Assembly (NCBI GenBank): GCA_947500035.1
Contig: CANMQP010000004.1
Span: 158,071-222,070, forward strand
DNA from: an uncultured Kiloniellaceae bacterium
GTDB taxonomy: Bacteria; Pseudomonadota; Alphaproteobacteria; Kiloniellales; Kiloniellaceae
Direction of reading: 5' to 3'
Length of the DNA stretch: 64,000 nucleotides
Below the pieces are notes generated by a model. That model did no database searches. It saw nothing but the letters and a program-made list of their open reading frames with translations, and had not been told where the DNA came from. Below are positions 10,453-19,741 of the stretch, piece by piece. The first letter of the stretch is position 1. Each line of letters starts with the position of its first letter. The position numbers and the translations under genes are program-made.

Positions 10453-11046
10453 TCAGACGCCGCTGTAGATGGCCGACATGCCGATGGTTTTCTTGTACTG
10501 CGGCACCAGTTTCAGTGCAGCGCGTACCTTCGAAACTTCCACCGCAACAGCCGCTGCATTCTTCTTCCCGATGATCGCCACCGCCGCGGCGTAGGCTGCG
10601 GCATAAAGCCGGTCTGCAGCGGGATTTCCCTTATCTTTTAAACGATCCGTCTTCACGGGGTGATTGCGATAGAGATAGAGCGCCTGCGCGATATAGGCTG
10701 CGGCCTCGTCATCGATGTTCGGAGTCCGGCCGAGTTTGCGCATATCGTTGATGGCATGTGTCGCCTCATGGACGATGAGTGCACGCTCAAGGAGACCGGG
10801 CGCCGAGACGTTACGCTTCAGTTGAAGCTGATTGCTCTTCGCATTGTAAATCGCGTCATGGGAAATGGTCGGATCGATGACGACCTTAATCTTTCCGGCT
10901 GCCACCGCTTTCCCGACGTCAGCCAACAGCGCCGCTGTCACCTGGATTGGGCCCAGGGTGAAGTTGACCAGGCTGGTGGCGGAACGGTCCTTCAAAAGTT
11001 TTTCGATCGCGCTCACGGTCGCGGGCGACGCAGGGGAAGCGGCCAT
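10453..11046 (-). CDS. Hypothetical protein with an HExxH motif (possible zincin-like or DUF4157-like domain)
   Basis: It carries LIVHEATHAINDM. There is no signal peptide, and it is Ala-rich. Confidence 0.45.
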   Translation of the reverse strand: MAASPASPATVSAIEKLLKDRSATSLVNFTLGPIQVTAALLADVGKAVAAGKIKVVIDPTISHDAIYNAKSNQLQLKRNVSAPGLLERALIVHEATHAINDMRKLGRTPNIDDEAAAYIAQALYLYRNHPVKTDRLKDKGNPAADRLYAAAYAAAVAIIGKKNAAAVAVEVSKVRAALKLVPQYKKTIGMSAIYSGV

Positions 11047-11147
11047 GGAACTTGCCTCTTAAATGCAATCCGTCGGAGAGCATTATCATCACATATTATA
11101 CGTAAACATACAATATGCCTATGCCTGAACCTGCGGAACCGCCAGTT

Positions 11148-11813
11148 TTAGGGGGCGTTCAGGAGACGTAGCAAAGGGTGAAGCTCCTGGAAGACTTTCA
11201 TGCAGAATCCAACCGCGCCACGCCCTATCAGCCCCTGGTGACCCGTGAAATCACGCCAGAGCGTCAAGCTTTTACGGCGCAGCAGGGCCGCACGCGGATG
11301 GTCCTTGTCAAAACCGGCAGGGACCCGTTTTAGCTCCGAGGGCTCCAAACGGTATCCGTTTTGAACCAGCCCGGACACCAAGGAATCGATCGCCGGTCCT
11401 TGTGTCTGATCGAGAAGCTGGTGCCTGAAGCGCTCCAGGCCGGAAGGAGAAAACCCCATCGCGCCGCCACCCAGAACGAAACCTTCCGGCTCCAGCGAGA
11501 AATAGAAGCCCTGGCCTGCACGCGCATGGCCGTCGGGAAAAAATGCCATGCGGAGATGGCTGTTGTAGGGCGTTTTGTCTTTTGAGAAACGCAGGTCCCG
11601 GTGCAGACGAAAGATCTTTCCGGTGAAGGCGCCACCGAAACACCGCATCAGTTCCTGCTCCATCTCGTTCAGAAACAGCTTGGCCGGCGCCTCAAGCGCT
11701 TCCTTGTAGCGGGCGCGGTTTTGCGCGAACCAGGGCCGGCTATTGTTCTCCAAAAGCTCCTGCAGGAAGATGATCCCGCCTGCAGGAAAGCCGTCGAATC
11801 CGCGCTCCATCAT
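11148..11813 (-). CDS. TIGR02453 / DUF2461 family conserved hypothetical protein
   Basis: Start taken at MMERGFDGFP. The region from FLQELLENNSRPWFAQNRARYKEA onwards matches the family. The ORF-track N-terminal extension is high-GC frame noise. Confidence 0.68.
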   Translation of the reverse strand: MMERGFDGFPAGGIIFLQELLENNSRPWFAQNRARYKEALEAPAKLFLNEMEQELMRCFGGAFTGKIFRLHRDLRFSKDKTPYNSHLRMAFFPDGHARAGQGFYFSLEPEGFVLGGGAMGFSPSGLERFRHQLLDQTQGPAIDSLVSGLVQNGYRLEPSELKRVPAGFDKDHPRAALLRRKSLTLWRDFTGHQGLIGRGAVGFCMKVFQELHPLLRLLNAP

Positions 11814-11848
11814 CACATTTCCCTGGAGATTTTGGCTGCTTAGGGGCT

Positions 11849-12175
11849 TTACTTCGGCGGCAGCGAGCCGGCGAACTGCGAGGCCAGATCGATCCAGCTC
11901 TCCAGTCCGGTCTCCAGGCAGGCGTCGGCCTCGACCCAGACGATGCCGCCCATGCGGCGCCCGCTGAAAACCACCTGCTCGGCCCCCGGACGCTTTTTGG
12001 CTTCGGCTTCCAGCTCTTTGCCGACCCGGAACATGAAGCGGCCGACCTCGACACCACAGAGCATATTGCCGTTCAGAAACCAGCAGAATCCGCCGAACAT
12101 GGCTTTCTCGGTGATGCCGCGGCGCAGCTCCAAAGCCGCACGCATGAGATCGGCAAGATGAGGATCGTAAGGCAT
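11849..12175 (-). CDS. TfoX N-terminal domain protein
   Basis: 108 aa. KAMFGGFCWFLNGNMLCGV matches the TfoX_N fold. Confidence 0.65.
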   Translation of the reverse strand: MPYDPHLADLMRAALELRRGITEKAMFGGFCWFLNGNMLCGVEVGRFMFRVGKELEAEAKKRPGAEQVVFSGRRMGGIVWVEADACLETGLESWIDLASQFAGSLPPK

Positions 12176-12184
12176 AGCGTTTCC

Positions 12185-12589
12185 CTAACTCACGAAAGCC
12201 GGCGAGGTCAGCACGGACCAAACCAGAAAAGCCCCAAAGGCCGCCATGGGCAGGGTCGTCATCGCCATACCGATGGCCCGGCCGGGCGCCGTGCCGTACG
12301 TCACGATCGTGTAGGCATGAAGCATACGGCCCGCGAGCAGCGCTGCACCGCCTGACCATAGCAGTATAGCCGGCGCTCCGCTGAGTTCAGCCAAAACCAT
12401 GACCAATAACGCGATAGGAACGGTCTCGATGAAGTTACCATGGGCGCGCATGCGACGGGTCATGGTTATGTCTCCGCCATCAAGAAATTCGATGCCGGAT
12501 TTAACGCGGTACAGTCCGACAAAGGCGGTCATGAAAACCTGCAGCACGATCAGAAGTCCCGCGAAGAGGGGTGAGATGGCAAGCGTCAT
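12185..12589 (-). CDS. MAPEG-family membrane protein (YecN-like)
   Basis: 134 aa from MTLAISPLFAG, with 3-4 TM helices. The ORF-track extension is not conserved. Confidence 0.62.
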   Translation of the reverse strand: MTLAISPLFAGLLIVLQVFMTAFVGLYRVKSGIEFLDGGDITMTRRMRAHGNFIETVPIALLVMVLAELSGAPAILLWSGGAALLAGRMLHAYTIVTYGTAPGRAIGMAMTTLPMAAFGAFLVWSVLTSPAFVS

Positions 12590-12771
12590 AGCGATGTTCT
12601 CCTCTGTTGCGTTGCAGCCGGTCCAGTACAGCCGGCCCGCGGACCTTGTGGGACGGCGTTCGCTTGAGGACTGGCTCACATGGTAGACGCGGACCAGGCT
12701 TGAAATCCGACAGCCGGCAAAAGTTTTATTTCCCGAACCCATTGTCGTAGTCTGCCCTTTTCCCGGAGCAG

Positions 12772-13215
12772 ATGGATCTCAGCGACATGACAGAAAGACC
12801 GATTCCGGCGGCGCTCGCCGTCGTCGTTCGGGACACACAACTGCTTCTGGTGCGCAGAAACAACAGGCCCAACGCCGGCCTCTGGGGCTTTCCCGGCGGC
12901 AAGATCGAACTGGGCGAAACCGTCATGGAAGCCGCAATCCGGGAACTACAGGAAGAAACCGGCATTGAAGCCGAAGCGCGCGAGACTCTGACCTCAGTCG
13001 ACGTGATTATTCACAACGATGAAGGTGGTCTCGAGCATCACTATGTTCTGGTTGCCATCCTATGCGAGTACATCAGCGGCGCTCCCCTGGCCGCCGACGA
13101 TGTCTCGGAGGCCGAATGGTTCGATTACGAAGCTATCCTCGCAAACCCTGACGCCCAGAGCCCCGCCGTGGGCGAGGTGGCGCGGCAAGCGATGATGCGG
13201 TTACGGGGCTGCTGA
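12772..13215 (+). CDS. NUDIX hydrolase
   Basis: Nudix box GFPGGKIELGETVMEAAIRELQEETG. The true start may be MTERPIP at 12787. Confidence 0.8.
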   Translation: MDLSDMTERPIPAALAVVVRDTQLLLVRRNNRPNAGLWGFPGGKIELGETVMEAAIRELQEETGIEAEARETLTSVDVIIHNDEGGLEHHYVLVAILCEYISGAPLAADDVSEAEWFDYEAILANPDAQSPAVGEVARQAMMRLRGC

Positions 13216-13245
13216 TTGCAGTTCTACTGACATCTTCAACACCTG

Positions 13246-13980
13246 CTAAAGTGACCAACCTTCGCTATCAGCCACGTGGAAAGTGCCATCCTTGATCCAG
13301 AGCGTCCGCTTATGTTCGGCACGATAACTCTCTGAGACCAAGCCATATCGGCTGCCATGACCGATCTTAGAGCCGGTTTTTATTGCAATTTCATCCTGCG
13401 AGAGGCCCGTATCCTTTTTGTTCTTCTTCTTAGGTTGCGCATAGAGAGTGTTGTCTTTGGGTTGATACGGTAAAGCCGAAATAAAACTGTCCCAGCCGAT
13501 GATCTTGGGACGGACACCTGCCTCATTCAGCGCCAATGCTGCCGAGAGCAGAAAACCGCGTTCGTTCATGTCCTGGACGTTAGCTACCGTTTTCCCGGCA
13601 ACCTCGGTTTTCAGCTTCCGCTTCGACGGCGCCAACATACAGGCAACGAATACGACGCGGCCGAGCCTCGTAAAGTCATCCCCCAGCGCCGGTCGGATCA
13701 CCTGCTGAACATACTCTTCGCCCGAGAGAAGGTGAGCCGCCATCTCTAGATCGGCGACCGCCAGATTGTGAAACACGCCGTAGAAGCCAACCTCATGCGC
13801 GTAGGGACCGTTGTTGACCTCATCTCCAGAGTTCTTGACCTCCTGGGGCGGATTGCCCTTGTGCAGCGTAACCCGACCACATCTTGCACTGTATTTTGTA
13901 AAGAGACCCTCACAGACATTCTTGGTTTCCGCGTTGTTATCATATTGATCGCCCGCGATATAGAGCCTGTTGACGCGCAT
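13246..13980 (-). CDS. Hypothetical protein (lower-GC gene)
   Basis: A 244-aa ORF with no motif I recognise. Its composition is more AT-rich than the flanks. Confidence 0.45.
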   Translation of the reverse strand: MRVNRLYIAGDQYDNNAETKNVCEGLFTKYSARCGRVTLHKGNPPQEVKNSGDEVNNGPYAHEVGFYGVFHNLAVADLEMAAHLLSGEEYVQQVIRPALGDDFTRLGRVVFVACMLAPSKRKLKTEVAGKTVANVQDMNERGFLLSAALALNEAGVRPKIIGWDSFISALPYQPKDNTLYAQPKKKNKKDTGLSQDEIAIKTGSKIGHGSRYGLVSESYRAEHKRTLWIKDGTFHVADSEGWSL

Positions 13981-14291
13981 AACTGACCCCCCGGTGCCTG
14001 CTTTTATTATCTATATCCCCCCATCGTATCAAAGGTTCCCCCAAAACGAGATCTAATTTTTCTTTCTCTCGTCAAAAGGGAGTTTTCGAAACAGATATTC
14101 GAGAAGCTATGCGAGATACAGGTGTGCAGTCTTCAGCACTCGGGCTCACAAGCTTGCATCAGCTGCGCCACATCTCTATAGTCGATATATATATTCGTAT
14201 ACATATAATATTTTTTGACTGGCCCGCCCCTTTCAGGCGGCCCTATCCACCGCATCGGCGTGCGTGACAAGACTGTTTAAAGGAGATTTCC

Positions 14292-14828
14292 ATGCAGGCC
14301 GTTGGTCCCACCATGATGACCCCCACGAACTTCAGCCGCTTCCCCTGGATGGAGCATGCGCTCGGGGAATACGGCGTCAAGGAGCTGCCCGGCAACGCCC
14401 ATAATCCGCGGATCGTCGAATATTTCTCGACCATGAAACACAAGTGGCAGTTTCAGAACGACGAGTCCGAATGGTGCTCGGCCTTCGTCAATTGGGTTAT
14501 GGAAAAAACCTCGATCCCCGGCACCGACAAACCCACCGCGCGCTCGTGGAAAAAATGGGGCAATCCCCTGCCGGACGACGCGCCGATGTATGGTGCGGTC
14601 ACCGTCCTTTGGCGCGGCTCGCGCCAAGGCTGGCAAGGGCATGTGGCTTTTTGTGTCGGCGTCGATGGAAATGACATCATTCTGTTAGGCGGAAACCAAC
14701 GCGGCGACACAGGGCCCGGAGAGACCGGAAGGCGCAGCAACCAGGTTTCGATCCGCCCCTACCCCAAGCGCCGGCTGCTCGGCTTTCGCTGGCCGACCGC
14801 CTACGCCCGCGAAATCGTCTGCCGCTGA
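14292..14828 (+). CDS. CHAP / NlpC-P60-like amidase domain protein (TIGR02594-like conserved hypothetical)
   Basis: A Cys (EWCSAFVNWVM) and a His (GHVAFCVG) are spaced as in a papain-like peptidoglycan amidase. Pattern PWMEHALGEYGVKE..GNAHNPRIVEYF. Confidence 0.65.
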   Translation: MQAVGPTMMTPTNFSRFPWMEHALGEYGVKELPGNAHNPRIVEYFSTMKHKWQFQNDESEWCSAFVNWVMEKTSIPGTDKPTARSWKKWGNPLPDDAPMYGAVTVLWRGSRQGWQGHVAFCVGVDGNDIILLGGNQRGDTGPGETGRRSNQVSIRPYPKRRLLGFRWPTAYAREIVCR

Positions 14829-14845
14829 CCAGGGGAGATCATGAC

Positions 14846-15370
14846 ATGAAGAAGATACCCCTTATCTCGTTATCGGCGCTGTTCCTCGGTTTCTATCTGG
14901 TCGGCTGCGCCGGCCCGGAGGAAGCGCCGCCTGCACCCGAGAGCAAGGCCGACGCAGGGGCACCGGCCCTGACGGAAAACGAGCAAAAGGCGCTGCAGTA
15001 TGCCATGAACCGCTTCGTCGCCGCGCTGAAAGCCGCGGACACCGATGCCTTTACCACGCTCTTCCCCCAGCGCGGAGTCTGGACCTTTGAGAGCACCATC
15101 GGCGACGCAGACGCCCGCAGCGTCCACAGCACGCTCGATCTGCGCCGGGATTTGAAAGACCGCAGCGGGCTGTACGAGAGCTTTTTCGAAGGCGACGGCG
15201 ACAGCATCCGGGACTTTGTGCAAAGCACCCACGGCCGCCCCTGGCAACGCGCCGAGGACACACGCTTCTCGCCCCCGGACCGGCCGGATATGCGTGAGCT
15301 GATGTTCATCCGCTGGCGGCTCGAGGACGGCCAATGGGTCGTCGACGCGGTCGCTGCGCCCTTTGCTTAG
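14846..15370 (+). CDS. Lipoprotein, hypothetical
   Basis: A lipoprotein signal peptide (MKKIPLISLSALFLGFYLVGC), a GGAG RBS upstream, and an 18-bp gap after the amidase gene. Confidence 0.6.
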   Translation: MKKIPLISLSALFLGFYLVGCAGPEEAPPAPESKADAGAPALTENEQKALQYAMNRFVAALKAADTDAFTTLFPQRGVWTFESTIGDADARSVHSTLDLRRDLKDRSGLYESFFEGDGDSIRDFVQSTHGRPWQRAEDTRFSPPDRPDMRELMFIRWRLEDGQWVVDAVAAPFA

Positions 15371-15380
15371 AGGACGATAT

Positions 15381-16157
15381 TTAGTTGGAAGAGCCTAGCT
15401 GATCGTCTTCGCCGCTTACTTCCGCATCAATCAAGCGCTCGTAGTTGGAAAGGATGTGATCAGGTAAAGACAGCGAGTTTTCGTCACCATGGTCCACGGA
15501 TACACACTCGCAAGCCAGGTTCTTCCGGGCTTTGAGGTTGCGACATTTTCGGACCGCAAAATACTTGCTGGTAGGCCAATCCCCACCCTGTTCGGCGGCC
15601 CAGCCTCTGTAACTCAAAGCTCCGTTCTCGTGATCCCACAACAAGCAGGCCGCGAGGCTTTTATAACCTCCTCCACGAGCCCCTACACTTCGATAAGTGC
15701 TGATATGTTTAAGCAATCTGCCGCGCCGGTCACTGCTCCACATGGCGTCTTTTGCCAGGATGCTGGCCATGATGTCTGTGTAGATCCGCTCAAGCGCAGC
15801 CTGCTTGTCCTCATCAGTGAGCGGAATGTTAGACTCAGAATTCGGAGCATCGTTCGCCCGCTCTTTTTTGAGGAATTCCTCCAGGTTTTTCTTGAGGTCA
15901 CCGCACGCAAGCCGCACCCGGTCGTATCTCTGGAGGTCGTTCTTTTGACGTCCGGTCCTGAAGTCCCGATAGTCGCCATAGCGGGCCTGAAGTTCAGAGA
16001 CGAGATCGCGGTGACCACAGTGACTGGCATAGGCGGCGGCACGGCCGATCTTATAGAGGTTGGACTCCTCCGCTTGAAGCTGCCCTGGAGTCACCCCTGC
16101 AAAAATCGCGCATAAAAAGAGCGCCAGAGAAACCTGACGCGACCTCGCCGAAAACAT
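15381..16157 (-). CDS. Secreted hypothetical protein
   Basis: N-terminal signal peptide (MFSARSRQVSLALFLCAIFAGVTPGQLQA) and several Cys. No known motif. Confidence 0.5.
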   Translation of the reverse strand: MFSARSRQVSLALFLCAIFAGVTPGQLQAEESNLYKIGRAAAYASHCGHRDLVSELQARYGDYRDFRTGRQKNDLQRYDRVRLACGDLKKNLEEFLKKERANDAPNSESNIPLTDEDKQAALERIYTDIMASILAKDAMWSSDRRGRLLKHISTYRSVGARGGGYKSLAACLLWDHENGALSYRGWAAEQGGDWPTSKYFAVRKCRNLKARKNLACECVSVDHGDENSLSLPDHILSNYERLIDAEVSGEDDQLGSSN

Positions 16158-16262
16158 AGGCCACCCTCGCCAAAATCAATCAAAAATCGAATTTCTACTC
16201 AAACAATATCGCCGAAATGCAGAAATACAAGTCGTTATGACATACAAATGCCACAGCTTTCG

Positions 16263-16865
16263 CTATTCCCGGATGCGTTTGTCCAGCTTGGCCAGAATTT
16301 TGTCGAAGGCGGCAATTTCGCGCGCGCTGAGCACCGAAAGAAATTCCTGCTCCCAGGCCAGGGCCATGGGCGCGATCTTGTCGTAGATGCGTTTGCCCTT
16401 AGCGGAGAGCCTCAGACTGCTGACCCGGTGATCGCGCGGATCGGTCTCGCGCTTTAAGAGACCCGCGCTCTGCATCCGCGAGATCGCGCGGCTGACCTTG
16501 ACCTTGTCCATGGAGGTGCGCTCGGCGACCTCATTGGCGGACAGGGGCGCGGCGCGGCCCAGATTGGCCATCACCCGCCACTCGGGGATCGAGAGGCCGA
16601 AGCGCGCCTGATACTGCTCGGCCAGCGCCCGGCTGACCATATTGTTCAGGACCGAAAGCCGGTAGGGCAGGAAGCTGTCGAGCTCCAACGCTGCGCTCGG
16701 CGCCTGTTCGCTGGATTGGCCATTAGACTGGCCCGCCGTCTTACGCCCGCGCGGCGCCGCCGTCTCGCGGACAGCCCTCGAGCGCCCGCCGCGCCCCCGT
16801 TCGCCCCGCCCGCGCTTTTCACCACTGCGGTCGCGTTTTTCGCCTGGCGCTGCTTTGCCGGTCAT
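16263..16865 (-). CDS. MarR-family transcriptional regulator
   Basis: Winged HTH (PEWRVMANLGRAAPLSANEVAERTSMDKVKVSRAISRMQSAGLLKRETDPRDHR) preceded by an Arg/Gly-rich N-terminal tail. Start ATG at 16865 with GGAG upstream. Divergent from hmgA. Confidence 0.75.
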   Translation of the reverse strand: MTGKAAPGEKRDRSGEKRGRGERGRGGRSRAVRETAAPRGRKTAGQSNGQSSEQAPSAALELDSFLPYRLSVLNNMVSRALAEQYQARFGLSIPEWRVMANLGRAAPLSANEVAERTSMDKVKVSRAISRMQSAGLLKRETDPRDHRVSSLRLSAKGKRIYDKIAPMALAWEQEFLSVLSAREIAAFDKILAKLDKRIRE

Positions 16866-17491
16866 GAAGTCTCCGAGTTCCGAAAATTTTATATGAGCCG
16901 AGCATAAGCGCGAATCCGGCCCTCTCTCAACAGGATAGAGGGCAAGTCCCCAGCTTAACAGCCCCAAACCAAAGCGGTAACTGCAGTCCCCATGCCTGTG
17001 GGAACCATCATGGCCTGGGCAAAATCTATCCGTCAACACAACGCACAACTTGACAATAGTTTCATTTGAAACCATTTTGACAGCAAGAAACAATGGGCGG
17101 AAATCAGCTCAGACGCAGGCCCTCGATTGAGGCCGCAAAGGGAGAGCCCCCAAGTGGGAATAACCGGGCGCAGTCAATTCGCGCCCCTTTCCTGAAAAGC
17201 GTCTGGCAGGCACGGAAATATCAGGCCGGACTTTCTGGCCCGAGCCAGGTCCGATCAGAAAAAGCCGGTCAGGTTTTCGTCAAACAAAAGACTGGTGCGT
17301 ACCGCCAAGCGACCCGACGGGATTTACCGGGCTTGGCTCCCGGACGCAGCTGACCGATCAGGTCGGACCGGGCGGCCCCTAGCCGGACGGCACCGGACTG
17401 GGCGAAAACGGGCCGAGCGAGAAATGACCGGACGCGAATACGCCGGATGAAAGATTGAAGGCCGGAGTAAAGAACGAAGGAACGTGAGAGC

Positions 17492-18646
17492 ATGAAAAAC
17501 TACATTTCCTTTCCCCGGGTCGAGGGGCTGTCTTCCCGGCAGGCCCATACCAATCTGCCCGAAGGCACCTATGAGCGGGAGATGGGCAAGGAGGGTTTCT
17601 TCGGCCCGGCCGCCCACATCTATCACAAGAACCCGCCGACCGGCTGGATCGACTGGGAAGGTCCGCTGCGTCCGCGCGCCTTCGACCTGACCCTGCTCAA
17701 CCAGATCGAGGCCTCGCCCTGGGACGCAAAGACCGTCCTTCACAACGCCTCGGTCCAGGTACGTTTCTGGCGTGTCCCTGAGACTATGGACGAACTTGCG
17801 CGCAACGGCGACGGCGACGAGCTGATCTTCCTGCACCAGGGCAAGGGCGACCTCTTCTGCGACTTCGGGCATCTGGCGGTCGAGGCAGGCGACTACATCA
17901 TGATCCCGCGCGGCACCATGTGGCGGCTGGAATCCTCAGAGCCCATGACCGCCCTGCTGATCGAGGCCACCAACGGCAGCTACATGCTGCCCGACAAGGG
18001 CATGCTCGGCCCCCACGCGATCTTCGATCCGGCCATGCTGGACATCCCGAGCCTGAACGAGACCTTCAAGGACCAGCAGGAAGACATGAATGGTTCAGGC
18101 GAAAACGGCTCCGGTAAGACCTGGCAGGTCGCGATCAAGCGCCGCAACGCGGTCAGCACCGTGACCTTCCCCTTCAACCCGCTGGATGCGGTGGGCTGGA
18201 AAGGCGATCTGGCGCCGGTGCGTATCAATGTGCGCGACATCCGCCCGCTGCTGAGCGACCGCTATCACCTGCCGCCCTCGGCCCACACCACCTTCGTGGG
18301 CAACCGCTTCGTGGTCTGTACCTTCGCACCGCGTCCCTTCGAGAGCGATCCGGACGCGCTGAAGGTGCCCTTCTACCACAACAACGACGACTACGATGAG
18401 GTGCTGTTCTATCACGCCGGAGATTTCTTCAGCCGGGACAACATCCATCCGGGCATGATGACCTTCCACCCCTGCGGCTTCACCCACGGCCCGCACCCGA
18501 AAGCCCTGGCCGGCGCCTTCAAACCCAAGAAGGCCGCGACCGACGAATACGCCGTGATGATCGACACCCGCGACGCGCTGGAGGTCGGCGACCTGCCCAG
18601 CGGCATCGAACAGCCGGACTACGTGAAGAGCTGGCGCGTCACTTAA
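17492..18646 (+). CDS. hmgA: Homogentisate 1,2-dioxygenase-family cupin dioxygenase (short form)
   Basis: C-terminal cupin with HgmA-like motifs (YHNNDDYDEVLFYHAG ... FHPCGFTHGPHP). It is 384 aa, shorter than canonical HmgA. Confidence 0.7.
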   Translation: MKNYISFPRVEGLSSRQAHTNLPEGTYEREMGKEGFFGPAAHIYHKNPPTGWIDWEGPLRPRAFDLTLLNQIEASPWDAKTVLHNASVQVRFWRVPETMDELARNGDGDELIFLHQGKGDLFCDFGHLAVEAGDYIMIPRGTMWRLESSEPMTALLIEATNGSYMLPDKGMLGPHAIFDPAMLDIPSLNETFKDQQEDMNGSGENGSGKTWQVAIKRRNAVSTVTFPFNPLDAVGWKGDLAPVRINVRDIRPLLSDRYHLPPSAHTTFVGNRFVVCTFAPRPFESDPDALKVPFYHNNDDYDEVLFYHAGDFFSRDNIHPGMMTFHPCGFTHGPHPKALAGAFKPKKAATDEYAVMIDTRDALEVGDLPSGIEQPDYVKSWRVT

Positions 18647-18727
18647 CGTGTGTCACTTAACGTGCGTCACCTGACGGCCCTCAATAAGAAACAGACTAAA
18701 ACAAACTAAAAACGCAGAGAGATCCCT

Positions 18728-19714
18728 ATGAAACTCGCCAGCATCAAATCCGCCAGCCGTGACGGCACCCTGATCGTGGTCAGCCGCGATCTGACCCAGG
18801 CCGTGGAAGTGCCCGGCATCGCCACCAGCCTGCAGGCCGCCCTGGAAGACTGGGAGACCAAAGCCCCGGAACTGGAAGCGGTCTACGCCAAGTTGAACGC
18901 CGGTGACCTGTCCGCCGCCTTCGAGCTGGACCCGGTGACCCTGGAATCCCCCCTGCCCCGTGCCTATCAGTGGGCCGATGGCTCGGCCTACGTGAACCAC
19001 GTGGAGCTGGTGCGCAAGGCGCGCGGCGCGGAACTGCCCGAGAGTTTCTGGACCGACCCCCTGATGTATCAGGGCGGCTCGGACAACTTCCTCGGCCCGC
19101 GCGACGACATCATCGCGGGCAGCGAGGACTGGGGCATCGACTTCGAGAGCGAGATCGCGGTCATCCTGGACGACACCCCCATGGCCGTGACGTCCGAAAA
19201 CGCCGGGAACCACATCAAGCTGCTGATGCTGGTCAACGACGTTTCCCTGCGCAACCTGATCCCCGCCGAGCTGGCCAAGGGCTTCGGCTTCTTCCATGCC
19301 AAACCCTCCAGTGCCTTTTCGCCCGTGGCGGTCACCCCCGACGAACTGGGCGATGCTTGGGACGGCGGCAAGGTCAACCTGCCCCTGGTCACGCACCTGA
19401 ACGGAGATTTGTTCGGCAAGCCCGACGCGGGCACGGACATGACCTTCACCTTCCCGCAGCTGATCGCCCACGCCGCGAAGTCGCGCAAGCTGATGGCGGG
19501 CTGCATCGTGGGATCGGGCACGGTGTCGAACCTGGACCGCTCCTCCGGGTCCTCCTGCCTCGCCGAAAAGCGTATGCTGGAGATCATCGACGAGGGTGCG
19601 GCCAAGACCCCCTTCATGCAGTTCGGCGACCGGGTCCGCATCGAGATGCTGGCCCAAGACGGCCATTCCATTTTCGGCGCCATCGACCAGAAGGTCGTGA
19701 AGCACGAAGCTTAA
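18728..19714 (+). CDS. Fumarylacetoacetate hydrolase (FAH) family protein
   Basis: FAH-fold motifs (GxDFESEIAVI, GDLFGKPDAGTDMTFTFPQLIAH). At 328 aa it is shorter than a canonical FahA, so it may be a fumarylacetoacetate or fumarylpyruvate hydrolase. Confidence 0.8.
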   Translation: MKLASIKSASRDGTLIVVSRDLTQAVEVPGIATSLQAALEDWETKAPELEAVYAKLNAGDLSAAFELDPVTLESPLPRAYQWADGSAYVNHVELVRKARGAELPESFWTDPLMYQGGSDNFLGPRDDIIAGSEDWGIDFESEIAVILDDTPMAVTSENAGNHIKLLMLVNDVSLRNLIPAELAKGFGFFHAKPSSAFSPVAVTPDELGDAWDGGKVNLPLVTHLNGDLFGKPDAGTDMTFTFPQLIAHAAKSRKLMAGCIVGSGTVSNLDRSSGSSCLAEKRMLEIIDEGAAKTPFMQFGDRVRIEMLAQDGHSIFGAIDQKVVKHEA

Positions 19715-19741
19715 AAGAATACCCCCGCAGGAGAGAGAACA

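Noticed and set aside
11813-12359. N-terminal 182-codon extension of the TIGR02453 ORF
   Set aside because: It is not conserved in the family and overlaps the TfoX-N gene. It is read-through of an open GC-rich frame.
18653-19705. 350-aa minus-strand ORF
   Set aside because: Antisense to the FAH-family gene. The composition is typical of a GC-rich shadow ORF.
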